Assembly: GCA_024626585.2 (NCBI GenBank) | Contig: JANKJI020000002.1 | Coordinates: 213,908,041-213,925,017 of the forward strand | Length of the DNA stretch: 16,977 nucleotides | Direction of reading: 5' to 3' | From: Ginkgo biloba | Taxonomy: Eukaryota > Plantae > Ginkgophyta | In this document: one piece after another, positions 1-10,219 of the stretch | Numbering within the stretch: position 1 is the stretch's first letter | How the letters are laid out: the number at the start of each line of letters is the position of its first letter | Position numbers and translations under genes: made by a program | The notes under the pieces: generated by a model | What the model was told of the DNA's origin: nothing | What the model saw: only the letters and a program-made list of their open reading frames with translations | The model's database searches: none

Positions 1-676
1 TAAAGGAGGTGTAGAAAGTAACTCTGACCTACTTAGAATATACGGTGTATATAAAATATGAAAAAAAAATGAAGATATCACACGTCTACATATGTTACAA
101 CACTTCTATGTGAGAGAGTTATAACTTGCAAGTTGTATCCATAAACAACTATAAAATGCCCAAAGGCTTGCGTCAAAATGTCGTTTGGTGCAAGATCTCC
201 CATGACAGAGTTGTGGGGCTTAAGAGATGTGCCCATCAATCACTATATGGCATCTTAACGCTTGCCTCAATATATCATTTAGTCAATGATCTATCTCGAT
301 GGGGCTCTACTATGAAACCTTTGGAGAGCTCTAGTAATAAGAGAAGAGGAATGCTCTTGGCTCACATCCAAGGCTAATACCCCTTTCATAGAAGTAAAGA
401 AATGAGTGTTGTTGCCTCTATTAGAGGTTATGGGTCTATAAGTCCCCCTAGTGGCCTAGAACTCTTCATGGATGCCTTGTTCGAACTTCGAGTCAATGAT
501 ATAGAGTTCTAGAACAAGGAGCAATGTCTCATGGATCTACAAATGGAACTAGAGATATTGGCTTTATTGATATGGTGCTTTTGAATAGTTTCTCCAAGGT
601 CAATCTAAAAGAAGACCAACACAAGCATTAAGGCTTATTCACACACAAAAACACAAGTGAGCGAGCATGTGTGCAG

Positions 677-707
677 ATGCATGCGCGTGCGCACACACAC
701 ACACATA
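677..707. repeat. Alternating purine-pyrimidine tract including a (CA)7 microsatellite
   Basis: Seen directly: atgcatgcgcgtgcgcacacacacacacata is 31 bp of unbroken RY alternation, with (CA)7 at 692-705. Confidence 0.85.
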
Positions 708-796
708 AATGTAACTATATTATATTGGCTTGTAAACTTGATATAAATTAATACTTCCTTCTTAAAGATATAAGATAGATAAAAAAAACCACATAA

Positions 797-1834
797 ACCA
801 AATTATTAAACAAATTGACTAAGGAGCTAGCCAAGACTTGCTCCATATACAACAAAAGAGAACACTGATCCTACCTTATCCATGCCACCCAAGACTATTA
901 AGAAGATAATCAAACAAAGACACAACAACAAACTACTCCATGGGAACAAGCTAAGAAGAGGAATGGAATAGAGTTGTTTGACCTTGACAATCTCTCCATA
1001 GAGGAAAACGCAGAAGCATCAATCCAACCAAATTTGGAAGATTTACAAACAAGCCTTCAATCTTCAAATCAAGAGTATTGATTACATCGCCTAAAGTGCA
1101 CATTATGATCTTATTTATTCTCCAAATAACAATGTTGTAAAATGTGAACTACTTGAAGCAAGAACGGATAGAATATAATTTGCTTTTTTAAATTGCATAC
1201 ATGTATCTTTCTTGGCCAATATGCCCATGGGGTGTGGTAATGCAAATGGTTTAGTATGAAAAAATGGCATGAATTAAACCCGTAATAAAGTGAAGCTAAG
1301 GATTTTTTCCAATGGAAGGGTTGCCACAAGATGGGGGGGGGAGAGTGGAAAGAGAGAATCACATGGCCAAAATTATGGTCCAACAATGTGGATTGAACTA
1401 TGGCCATTGGATTCGATTGACCAATCGGAAAGTTAACAAATGTCCTACTCACTCAAGTCAAGCCACTAGCGACCGTATTGGTCATAGAGAGCATTGACCG
1501 ATACCCTCGACGAAACAAGACCATAGAGCTAAAAGACATAAATGCCCTCCTCGAGTAAACTGTCAGTAACAAAAATCAAGGAAACACTAAACACCAAATT
1601 GAATTAAATTGAGAGAAAAGATAGACAATAAATGGCAAGGTGCCCACATGCAAAAGAGAAAAAGAACACTGTCAAATCCAGTCTCCAAACGGGTCAAACG
1701 GAAAAAGAGATGAAATAACGAGTTTTTATAGAGAGATAAACGGGCAGTTAAAAAAACATAGAAATCTTCTTTGGGAGAGAACAATGCATCGTTTTCAATG
1801 AGAAGCCCAAAAAATCGATCTATTTCAGTGCCTC
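797..1834 (+). mobile_element. Degenerate 3' part of a hAT-superfamily DNA transposon (transposase C-terminus plus right subterminal region)
   Basis: Manual translation from 797 gives TKLLNKLTKELA, then after a frameshift QDLLHIQQ. Later, in the original frame, it reads WEQ...GIELFDLDNLSIEE...PNLEDL...* (stop 1079-1081). This resembles the end of plant hAT dimerisation domains (RNKLTxxRAxDLVxxH...W...LSLDEPxLE). Three AAACGG motifs, the Ac transposase-binding motif, lie at 1687, 1696 and 1738. A terminal tttcagtgcct (1823-1833) resembles the Ac/Ds end TTTCATCCCTA. Stops and a frameshift are present, and no left end was seen. Confidence 0.5.
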
Positions 1835-1966
1835 AGAAGTGAGACTTCCCAATCAGGTTAGAATATTAACCTCATCGAATCATGGATAGGCACCTATGTT
1901 ATCCCTAAAGAATTACATGTAGAATCTGACTATATTCAAACTAGTCTTGATAGTAGGCATGACACT

Positions 1967-2240
1967 TAGAGCCTAACATTCAATGGAGCACATAATCAAA
2001 ATGGGATCATAATTGGATACATCCTTTGGATTCAATCTAACCTTTCATTCTTTTACAGTATCTGCTTAGAATTTGCCTACTCCAATAATGTGGCAGAGTA
2101 CAAAGCTCTTATAGCCAGAATGAAGAAGGTGTTAGAACTAAAGTTGACTTCTTTACATGCTTATGGGGATATTGAATTCATAGTGTTACAAAGTAAGAAT
2201 ATGTATTAGGTTATAAATATCCTCTTGTAGCAATATCACG
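1967..2240 (+). mobile_element. Degenerate Ty3/gypsy (Tat/Ogre-type) pol fragment: additional, archaeal-like RNase H domain
   Basis: Frame +2 reads *SLTFNGAHNQNGIIIGYIL...YSICLEFAYSNNVAEYKALIARMKKVLELKLTSLHAYGDIEFIVLQSKNMY*VINILL*QYH. This matches the aRH motifs WxLxFDGA...LEFxxTNNxAEYEALIxG...YGDSELVV. Catalytic acidic residues are mutated (D>N, and GDS>GDI), in-frame stops are present, and the fragment runs into an N-gap at 2241. Confidence 0.9.
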
Positions 2241-2851
2241 NNNNNNNNNNNNNNNNNNNNNNNNNNNNNNNNNNNNNNNNNNNNNNNNNNNNNNNNNNNN
2301 NNNNNNNNNNNNNNNNNNNNNNNNNNNNNNNNNNNNNNNNNNNNNNNNNNNNNNNNNNNNNNNNNNNNNNNNNNNNNNNNNNNNNNNNNNNNNNNNNNNN
2401 NNNNNNNNNNNNNNNNNNNNNNNNNNNNNNNNNNNNNNNNNNNNNNNNNNNNNNNNNNNNNNNNNNNNNNNNNNNNNNNNNNNNNNNNNNNNNNNNNNNN
2501 NNNNNNNNNNNNNNNNNNNNNNNNNNNNNNNNNNNNNNNNNNNTGTGGGTTATTGTTAATCCAGTAAATCATGGATGAAAGCTTCTTGGGATTTCTTACC
2601 CATTGTATCCAATCATGCCCAAGTACTTGCTTTGAATTTTTGCTATTTAAAATGGAGAACATGAGTCCCACCATAGTTCAAAATTATTGATACAAACTTC
2701 CACATAGGTGTGCTTCCAAGAAATCATCCTTTATTCTTCCAGCTGATCTGAGCTTATTGTATCACTGTGCATAAGCTGACCAGACTGACTGAGGGTATTG
2801 TTTATCGTACCCATTACAATCTTAACTACTTTTCCTGGCCTATTTTCTCAG

Positions 2852-2910
2852 GCGACCCAGAGATTAGTTGGAAATAAGCAGTTCATGGAGTTGCAGTGTG
2901 ACTTAAGCAG
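2852..2910 (+). CDS. Candidate coding exon A (59 nt) of an unidentified host gene: ATQRLVGNKQFMELQCDLS(R)
   Basis: Pyrimidine-rich acceptor ttttcctggcctattttctcAG and consensus donor cag|GTGAGT. The frame is open and ends in phase 2, matching exon B. The ATG at 2885 is a possible alternative start. Confidence 0.65.
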
Positions 2911-3653
2911 GTGAGTAAGCTTCCGTTTGGGACTGCAAGAAATAAGAGTTGGTTTTCACACTGGACTCGTAGTTTTTAGAGCCATTGTAGCAAACCCATT
3001 TTCTTTTACTTTATCATAACTTTGTGTTGTCCATTTAGAGACATTTTATATTGTTGATTATGTATTAGGTTTTGTATTCAATTTACAATATTGGCAACTG
3101 TGCATGGCAGACACAAGTTTTGAACATCTTATATGGCTAGTGTAGGGATGCATATGGGGGAAGAAAGCATTATGACGATGCAGAAGGAAGGGAGACCAGT
3201 GGCATCAAAATGATGTATGGTAAAAGGTAATGAATTCACCTGACCAATATTTTTTATGTTCCTCCCATCTATTGTGGGTTTAATCTATGCTGTGTTACAT
3301 GTTGTTATAATAAAGTTGAATGGATCATATTATCGGGTAAACCATAAAATGCATTCTGTGTTTAATGGCTAGTTCAAACTCATCAGCAACAAGGTGCTAG
3401 TAAAATCATTACATTACCGAACATTATTCAACTTACACTGATGTCTTATAGGGGTTTAATACCAGAAATTTAGCTAAATGACAGTGCTTCTTAAAGTACT
3501 TTGCTGATAGCAAATGCTTTAATTGTATTTACTTGCAAGAATACAGGCATGTGTGAATCAACTCGTAGTCTTCTTATTGGTGCATTTAATGTGCTTCAAG
3601 GTTCAGTTATCCTAAGTTATCCCAATAACATCTTATTATATGTGAAGTTTCAG

Positions 3654-4097
3654 GAATCGTGGTAATGGTGATGCAAGCAAGCCACATAACCGGGAAATTT
3701 TGGAGAAGGATGCCAATGTTGAAGAACCTATAAAAGGTGCACATGCTGAAGGGTTCCCATCCAGTCAAGGATCTAAAATGAAGAACCCTCTGCATCGTCA
3801 CCCAAAATCTTGCACAAAGAATTTCAAGGAAAATGAACCTCAACAAAAGAGAGAAGTTGGCTGCAGCAAAGCTGCATTGGATGCTACAGATGTTGGAGGC
3901 CGCATGCGGAGGCACAAGCAGCAGAACTCAGAGCAAAATCATGGATCCAGCTTGAAGCTTCCGCAAGAGATTGCATCACAGCATAATCAACAACAATCAA
4001 GCTTGAATCAGTCGGTTATCAGACAAAGTCAGAGGCGAGTTCCCAAGTCTATTTCAGAGAAGGGCAAGGTAGAGCAATGTCCAAGGACCCTGAAGAG
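3654..4097 (+). CDS. Candidate coding exon B (444 nt): hydrophilic Q/S/K/E-rich, likely disordered region of an unidentified protein
   Basis: Acceptor gtttcAG (3652-3653) and donor gag|GTAATA (4098). The exon is stop-free, extends the supplied ORF 3700..4101, has higher GC than its flanks, and is phase 2 at both ends. No domain recognised. Confidence 0.75.
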
Positions 4098-4230
4098 GTA
4101 ATATTAAACTTCTTTCTGATAGGCATGCTAAGTAAGGGCTTTTCTTGAGGTGAACTTGCCTGTAAAGCACCACATTGGATATATAGATTCTCTAAATTGA
4201 AGTGAACCCTAAAGTGCTGTGTCTTTCCAG

Positions 4231-4312
4231 GTCGGTTAATCACTCTTTCCCTCAGTTTTTCTCGCAAGGCATCAAGACATTTAGTTCAAATGCTCATAGG
4301 CAATACACCTAG
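4231..4312 (+). CDS. Candidate terminal coding exon C: (R)SVNHSFPQFFSQGIKTFSSNAHRQYT*
   Basis: A 133-nt GT-AG intron (4098-4230) ends in gtgtctttccAG. The exon is phase-compatible, has TAG at 4310-4312, and is followed by U/GU-rich 3'-UTR-like sequence (~4415-4530). Exons A+B+C total 585 nt, or 194 aa plus stop. Confidence 0.6.
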
Positions 4313-4675
4313 AAATATAAATTGCTTGTTGGAGAAGAAAACATTCCCTTGCAGAAGAATGACCTCTTCAAGGGAAGAGTTCTTTGAAAATTAGTGGGTA
4401 GATATTGTCTATATTAACTCTGTTTCTTTTCTGTGGGATTGTCCTTTGTATGGCACTGTTTTACTGCTGTTTTTTACTCCCCTTCTATACATTGAATTCA
4501 TATTTGATCATGGAGTTTTCCTTTTGTTAAAGCTAAAGAACATCTGTTCTATGCCTTAGACTGAATCAGGTTAGTNNNNNNNNNNNNNNNNNNNNNNNNN
4601 NNNNNNNNNNNNNNNNNNNNNNNNNNNNNNNNNNNNNNNNNNNNNNNNNNNNNNNNNNNNNNNNNNNNNNNNNNN

Positions 4676-5110
4676 GTGATCATGAGATAAAAATATTATC
4701 CTGTATTATTAGATAAGGTGCAGTTAATAAAATTTATGAGAGAATAACTAATCCAAACTTAAGGTTAGATAAGGATGTGAACCTAACAAGATCGCATCCA
4801 TGAGGATTTTAGAAGGATCCTAAATAAAGTGATACTTCAAAGAATATGTGCATAACTAAAAATAAAGGAAAATATAAGATGGAGTATAAGCCTAAGGTAT
4901 AGGAGTATAAAAAGGATAGGATAAAAGATATGAAGATAAAAGATTTTGAAGAAGAATATAAATTTTATGAAGTAAACCTAGATAAAGATTTGATAAGATT
5001 ATAAAAAACGCTGATACAAGGAGGCCATATTTATTGAAAATTAAAATTTTATTTTAAGCTTTATAAAATTGGAAAATTAAGAATATTCAAAAGAAGGAAA
5101 ATAAAACAAT
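4676..5110. repeat. A/G-rich low-complexity segment with short direct repeats (gataaaagat, ggagtataa); probable transposon remnant
   Basis: Strong strand asymmetry (A-rich, C-poor). gataaaagat occurs at 4920 and 4935 with variants at 4981-4999. No coding motif found, so the transposon origin is inference only. Confidence 0.35.
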
Positions 5111-5966
5111 CAAGCATAAATGCATTGAACCTTTGTTTGAACATCAGTTACAATTTGATGCAGCAAGTTTGTGCTGATCATAACATCCTTTTCACAGTTC
5201 AATGTGAATGTGTTAATTTGTTAAACCTTCATCAGATAAGTTCAAATCATGATCAGATATAATTAGGATGTCCAAGTAATAGTTATAGAGCAATGTTCAG
5301 TGACAAGATATGACTGGCATCTATATGTAACATTTCATGTGGATGCAATTTACTATGGCCACCAGTGTTGCTGTCAGTACTTCTGATTTGGTTACTCTAG
5401 TAGTGCAATTACTCATTAAAGTGTTAGTAACTTAGTAGGGACTAGGAAAATGGGAAGAGCAAGGGAAGTATCGTACCCTTATGGATCCATTATTCTGGTA
5501 AATAAGGGGCCTGTCGCTCTAGATTTAGATGTTAAGAAAAAGACACAAAGATGCTGCAAAATAGGACAACTCCATGTTATGACTCTGTGGATTGTTGGTT
5601 GTTAGACGTTTCAGGAGTTGACGACATTTTATGGTTATTATAGGTTACCTGATAAGAGATTCAACTTTCATGTCTGATTAGGCTCAGGGTTCCTAATCTT
5701 AAATTTATTGTAGAACCCTACATGTTGGATTTAACTGGATTTTAAGCTTATGATGGGTTGATCAAGTTGTTGAGTGCAATTCTCCTTTTACTAGGCAAAA
5801 AAATTTGCATGACAACAGAGTTCTGGAAAATACATAGTAGGATGGCAACTTCCAGAGGATTTTCCTTTTGTGATTTGTAGAATATATATCAAAATTATTG
5901 TCACTTTATATCACTATAATAAAATTATTACTATGAAAATTATTTGCTTTGGGTTTGCACTAGTGT

Positions 5967-5994
5967 ACACACACACACACACACACACACACAC
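5967..5994. repeat. (AC)14+ microsatellite running into an assembly gap
   Basis: Seen directly. It abuts the 100-N gap at 5995-6094, so the true length is unknown. Confidence 0.95.
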
Positions 5995-7287
5995 NNNNNN
6001 NNNNNNNNNNNNNNNNNNNNNNNNNNNNNNNNNNNNNNNNNNNNNNNNNNNNNNNNNNNNNNNNNNNNNNNNNNNNNNNNNNNNNNNNNNNNNNCTTTTA
6101 GCTTATGACCCATCTGTTGCTCCACCAGCTCCTTAAATTGCTTGAAGATTGTGAACTTTTGTGATTTTTCCTTTAAGATTGTCCTAGGGAAACCCTATGC
6201 CAAACAATGGGAGCAACCCAGGATTCCTTGGCAGTGGGGCCTACCTGACAATGCGGATAGCCCATGTGTTCATGTTAATGATCATACCATAGCATAAAGG
6301 CTGATCGTGTCCCCTATAGCAGTTTGGAACTGGCAGCTCCTCAAGAGCTGGCTTAACCCAGTCAGTTAGTGGCAATGTGTTTTTTTAAGATGATTTAGTG
6401 TAAAGATCTCCTTTGGGGGCTATCATATTTGTTTAGTATTCATTTTCAGTGCGATTGTGCCTATCATAAATTCTAAGTCGTATCTGTTGATTCTTATGTA
6501 TTCTTCCTTGCATGGAGTTATTCTTAATGATGAAAGAGTAACATGGTTATTACCATTTGCATGATCTATGAGAATTCCATGTGTTGAGTTTATCTTCAAG
6601 GATTGACCCTGAGGAGGTCCATAGTTTTTCTTAGAAAGGTTTTGCCTGTCATAAGTGGCTCCAAAGCATTAGTTTAGCATGTAGAAAGCCATTTCTGAGT
6701 TTTGTGATCTGTTACAGATCTGATTCACATCAAACAGATCCAACTCTTTGCATGGGCTTAATTCTCATGTTACTGCGATCAAACCTGTGATAGAGATGGA
6801 CTGCTGCTGAAAATTAGTTGATTGCAGTACAAGAGAGGACTTATGGAACTGCTGTACTACACTAGTTTTCCATCCAATTTGAGGATTCTCTGGTAAATTG
6901 AGTACTTGATACCACATTATGGAAGATTTGAACTTGACAGGATATGTTGCCTATTGAACAATGCATTTTTGGTTATCAAAAGGTCTCTTATGAAATTATG
7001 GAAATTTCTATGACTTTTAGAAGATCAAAGGTTGTTTCTGTTTGATGAGGTGTTCAATTTTATGCAGTCAGGGAAATCACAGCCCGAGGCTTTAATAATT
7101 GTGACAGTGGGGTTGCTTCTACATTGTTCTGTTGAATAAAACAATTTTTCTTTTCTCTTGAGCATGTGCTTTTATATATCAATAGCAAATCCTGTTTGCT
7201 TTTAAAGGTCTTGCTGCATGCACTAGAAACCCTATCATGGTAACATTCTAAGCCCTATCAGTCCGATAGGGGAAAGGGAACATAGTA

Positions 7288-7699
7288 TGTTGGCATAAGA
7301 CAAGGATCAATTAAAAGCCCCTATCTTTATTTCTATCTATTGTAATATAGGACTTTATAAAGTGACATTATTTGAGACAGTTATGCAATAATGTGAATAT
7401 GGGCTCTCACACACATGGGCAACAAAGGCCAATGAAAAGTGACTCACACTCACTTTCAAAGGTCGGCATTACATTAATATCAATAATTAATCCACCATAC
7501 TCCGACCCATACAAGAGAGGTAATATAATTTATTTACATTCCTGTGAAGGGGATTCCTTCTCTATAGAAGGTAAAATGTGTGCATTAATGTTCTTGATCT
7601 TGAGCTGACACACAAGCATTGCTGACATTATTACATTAAAGGGCAATCACAGGCTACCCTGACCACTGCTCCACAATGCCTATTAAATTTTAACCAACA
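7288..7699. mobile_element. Solo-LTR candidate (~412 bp)
   Basis: Perfect inverted termini TGTTGG (7288) ... CCAACA (7699), non-coding interior, palindromic TATA-like actttataaagt, and AATAAA on the - strand near 7330. The flanks share only an offset, imperfect duplication (tagta at 7283-7287 vs aagta at 7701-7705). Confidence 0.55.
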
Positions 7700-8353
7700 C
7701 AAGTAATTTGATGGCACTTAATATATTAATGCCATGGACATCAAATGGCAATTCATACTGACCTATTATTGGTGAAGTTTATTGCACATGTGGATTTTCG
7801 AGTTTGAAGAGCCAACTCCCTAAATGTGCTCAACAGTTGTCATAATTAAAGCTCATCTTTTTTCTTTCTGTCAACCTAGGAAATCCTTCTAGAATTCAAA
7901 TCATGTTAGGCATTTCAGATTTTGAAGGAACAACTTCACAATTTTTCGAATGCATTCAATGCTTGCCTTGCTGTCCAATCCTGTAGTGTGTCTACTGGCT
8001 CAGAATTTTTAGATTGCTCTTCCAACATGTGCTCAATGAGTTTGTTTCATTATACATGAGATTGCAATCAGTAATGATATCAATTTTCTGTGTAAACGCA
8101 GCTTTAAATTTCCATGCGTCATGCATTTTCATCTGCAAATTAATAGCGTTTATTACCAATCAGTGCTTAATTACTATGTTGTAAATATCTTGCCTCTGTC
8201 ATTTTGTCACGAACTCTATCCTTTCAGAAGAATTGATCAATGCTAGGGGGATGNNNNNNNNNNNNNNNNNNNNNNNNNNNNNNNNNNNNNNNNNNNNNNN
8301 NNNNNNNNNNNNNNNNNNNNNNNNNNNNNNNNNNNNNNNNNNNNNNNNNNNNN

Positions 8354-9111
8354 CTAGCTCCCCTTTTACGGGGGTGGCAGGTAAAAGTATCAGATCTGGG
8401 AAACCTATATAAACCATTTAGGATGAATAAATTATGTGAATTTCCAAGATCGAGAAGGTACTGCCCATAATATGCAATGAGTGCCTTAGAATTAGTTGAA
8501 ATGCATAAAATCCTAAAATTTGTATGGTCTAGCTCATGAATCTGTACCTTGTCCTCGGTGAAATCATGAAAAATAATCTAGTAAGCCCCTATACGTGCAT
8601 TGAAATCCCCTAGGAGCATGTCACCCTAAGTAAAAAATTATAAAATCTCGGGATAGAGGTCCATGTATGGATCACCATCCATATGAATTATAAAATCTAA
8701 GGATGTTGGAAAAAAATAATAGACTGCCAAGAAAATCTTACTACGGTGGGGACCTCTATAAACTCTAGTCCAAAGGAATCTAAAGTGTATNNNNNNNNNN
8801 NNNNNNNNNNNNNNNNNNNNNNNNAAATAAGAGCAATAACATTATAGAGGTTATCCTGGGCAAGGAATTCCATCCCACTTGAGCCTTAGACCCCTCTATA
8901 CTTTCTTATTTTGAATCTTGATGTAGAGAACCAAAAGTACCCAAATATTTGAGGGAGAACTCTTAGGGATATCATGAGTCTTTATGAAAAAGATGATGTC
9001 GTATCCTTGGATCACATATTGAACTATCCTAATTATGGTCCATAGTAGGACATTACAATTATAATATGCTATGTTATGTTGATCAAAATATCCAGTGATA
9101 ACACCCCCCAC
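8354..9111 (-). mobile_element. Degenerate LINE ORF2 N-terminus: APE-type endonuclease domain
   Basis: The - strand translation shows APE motifs in the expected order: IAYYNC...YDIIFFIKTH, a frameshift, then GYFWFSTSR...*GSSGMEFL; [gap 8791-8824]; RFLWTRV...KIFLAVYYF...MLLGDFNARIG (GDFNAR at 8610-8593)...YGQYLLDLGNSHNLFILNG...SDTFTCHP. Several stops are present. No reverse transcriptase domain is visible beyond the gap at 8254-8353. Confidence 0.92.
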
Positions 9112-9162
9112 ACCCCTATGATGGATGGAATTAATTGGAGGTTGGCCATGGTCAAGTCCATC

Positions 9163-9390
9163 CTATAGGGGGGAATCCCTAATATAATCTCTCCCATTGT
9201 GGATTACAACCCACTTGTTATTCTTCTTGGCTTAAAAAACTTTAGCTCTATATTTTTTGATTTCCTTAAGCTACAAGTATGTGAGGTATTCATCGAAGTA
9301 AATTTTATTTTCAAGAGTGTAGAGTTTTCTCTTAGCTCTTAGCCGTAGGTTTGGGGCTGCTGGAAGTGCTCCCTTGATATGAATCCCATT
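9163..9390 (-). mobile_element. Degenerate LINE ORF1 C-terminus (same element as 8354-9111)
   Basis: The - strand reads NGIHIKGALPAAPNLRLRAKRKLYTLENKIYFDEYLTYL*LKEIKKYRAKVF*AKKNNKWVVIHNGRDYIRDSPL*. This resembles the RRM/CTD end of LINE ORF1 proteins (KxKLxxxxIFIxEDLT...AKxxGKxAxIRxGKxxI). It lies directly upstream of the endonuclease on the same strand. Confidence 0.75.
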
Positions 9391-10206
9391 GAACAATTTG
9401 TCGTTTGTGGACATGACTCCATATTCAATTTTATTTCTGGCTTGTAAAATGTAACCACTAAATCATTAAACCATATATTTGAGCTTGCATGATCTTGGAA
9501 CGCAAGTCAGCATAGCCAATGTTTCATGCTTACATACATCTTATTAATGAATTGATAAAATTATTGAGATTACCCTCACTTGTAAAGGATTTGACAATAT
9601 TAGCCACCAGCATGAAGCATCTACATACAACCCAACAATGTTTAGACCCTTTAATAAAGTTTGACTATGATCATACTAAAGAGTCTATTATAACAGTCCC
9701 GCCTTAAGCTTGTAACCTTTCTATAGCAATTAACATAAAACATTCTGTAACACATAAATTAGAAATCATCGTCATCATCATAATTGCAAGAGTTAAGATG
9801 TATTTATACCACTATACAACCTCTAAGATTGGACTCCTAGGGTTAGGTCTTGACGATAGGTAGTACACTCTAACTGTTGGCCATGAAGACCCTTAAAGGG
9901 CTTCACTGTAGATACCAACCAAACCTACGCCACCATCAAGGCTCACCGTCAGCCTCAAACAACCTCCCTGCTTGGGTCCACCCCTTGTAGCTCAAAAGAG
10001 TGCCAAGGCATTGGGCTCCAAGTCTTCCTTTTAGGAACTAGGGTCCTCTCTCTATAGTATTGAGAGACCCCCCAGACAACTCAACTTGACCATACCAAAT
10101 ATAATAGAAGAGTTAATCGTATTGGTCAGTTGGGATATTCAACCCCCACTATGCCTACTAGCACAAACCATAGCATTGAAGTCTCCCTGGAGTTCTAGGG
10201 TTGCTA

Positions 10207-10217
10207 GCTCCACTCCA
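10207..10217 (-). promoter_or_regulatory. Primer-binding-site-like motif TGGAGTGGAGC (possibly a decayed tRNA-Met PBS, TGGTATCAGAGC)
   Basis: Canonical position (LTR ...CA, 2 nt, then TGG). It only partly matches the Met PBS. Sequence from here to ~9800 is probably a decayed internal region. Confidence 0.5.
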
Positions 10218-10219
10218 AC

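Noticed and set aside
126-377. Supplied 83-aa ORF
   Set aside because: Non-ATG start, no motif and no splice support. The region looks like decayed repeat but I could not assign a family.
1111-1784. Supplied ORFs 1111..1452, 1312..1497 and 1587..1784
   Set aside because: No recognisable protein features; they lie in the presumed non-coding subterminal part of the hAT-like remnant.
2186-2674. ORFs spanning N-gaps (also 5870..6136, 5940..6125, 8199..8417, 8240..8470, 10419..10610, 12101..12457 and those over 13596-14086)
   Set aside because: Their length is an artefact of translating N runs as X.
2743-2794. Possible extra coding exon upstream of exon A
   Set aside because: The acceptor is good, but there are stops in the required frame and the intron would be only 57 nt. 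At most a non-coding exon.
5450-7200. Coding-like patches such as GKYIVGWQLPEDFPF (~5825-5870) and GKPYAKQWEQPRIPWQWGLP (~6190-6245)
   Set aside because: Short, interrupted by stops, and no family motif that I can name. Needs BLASTX.
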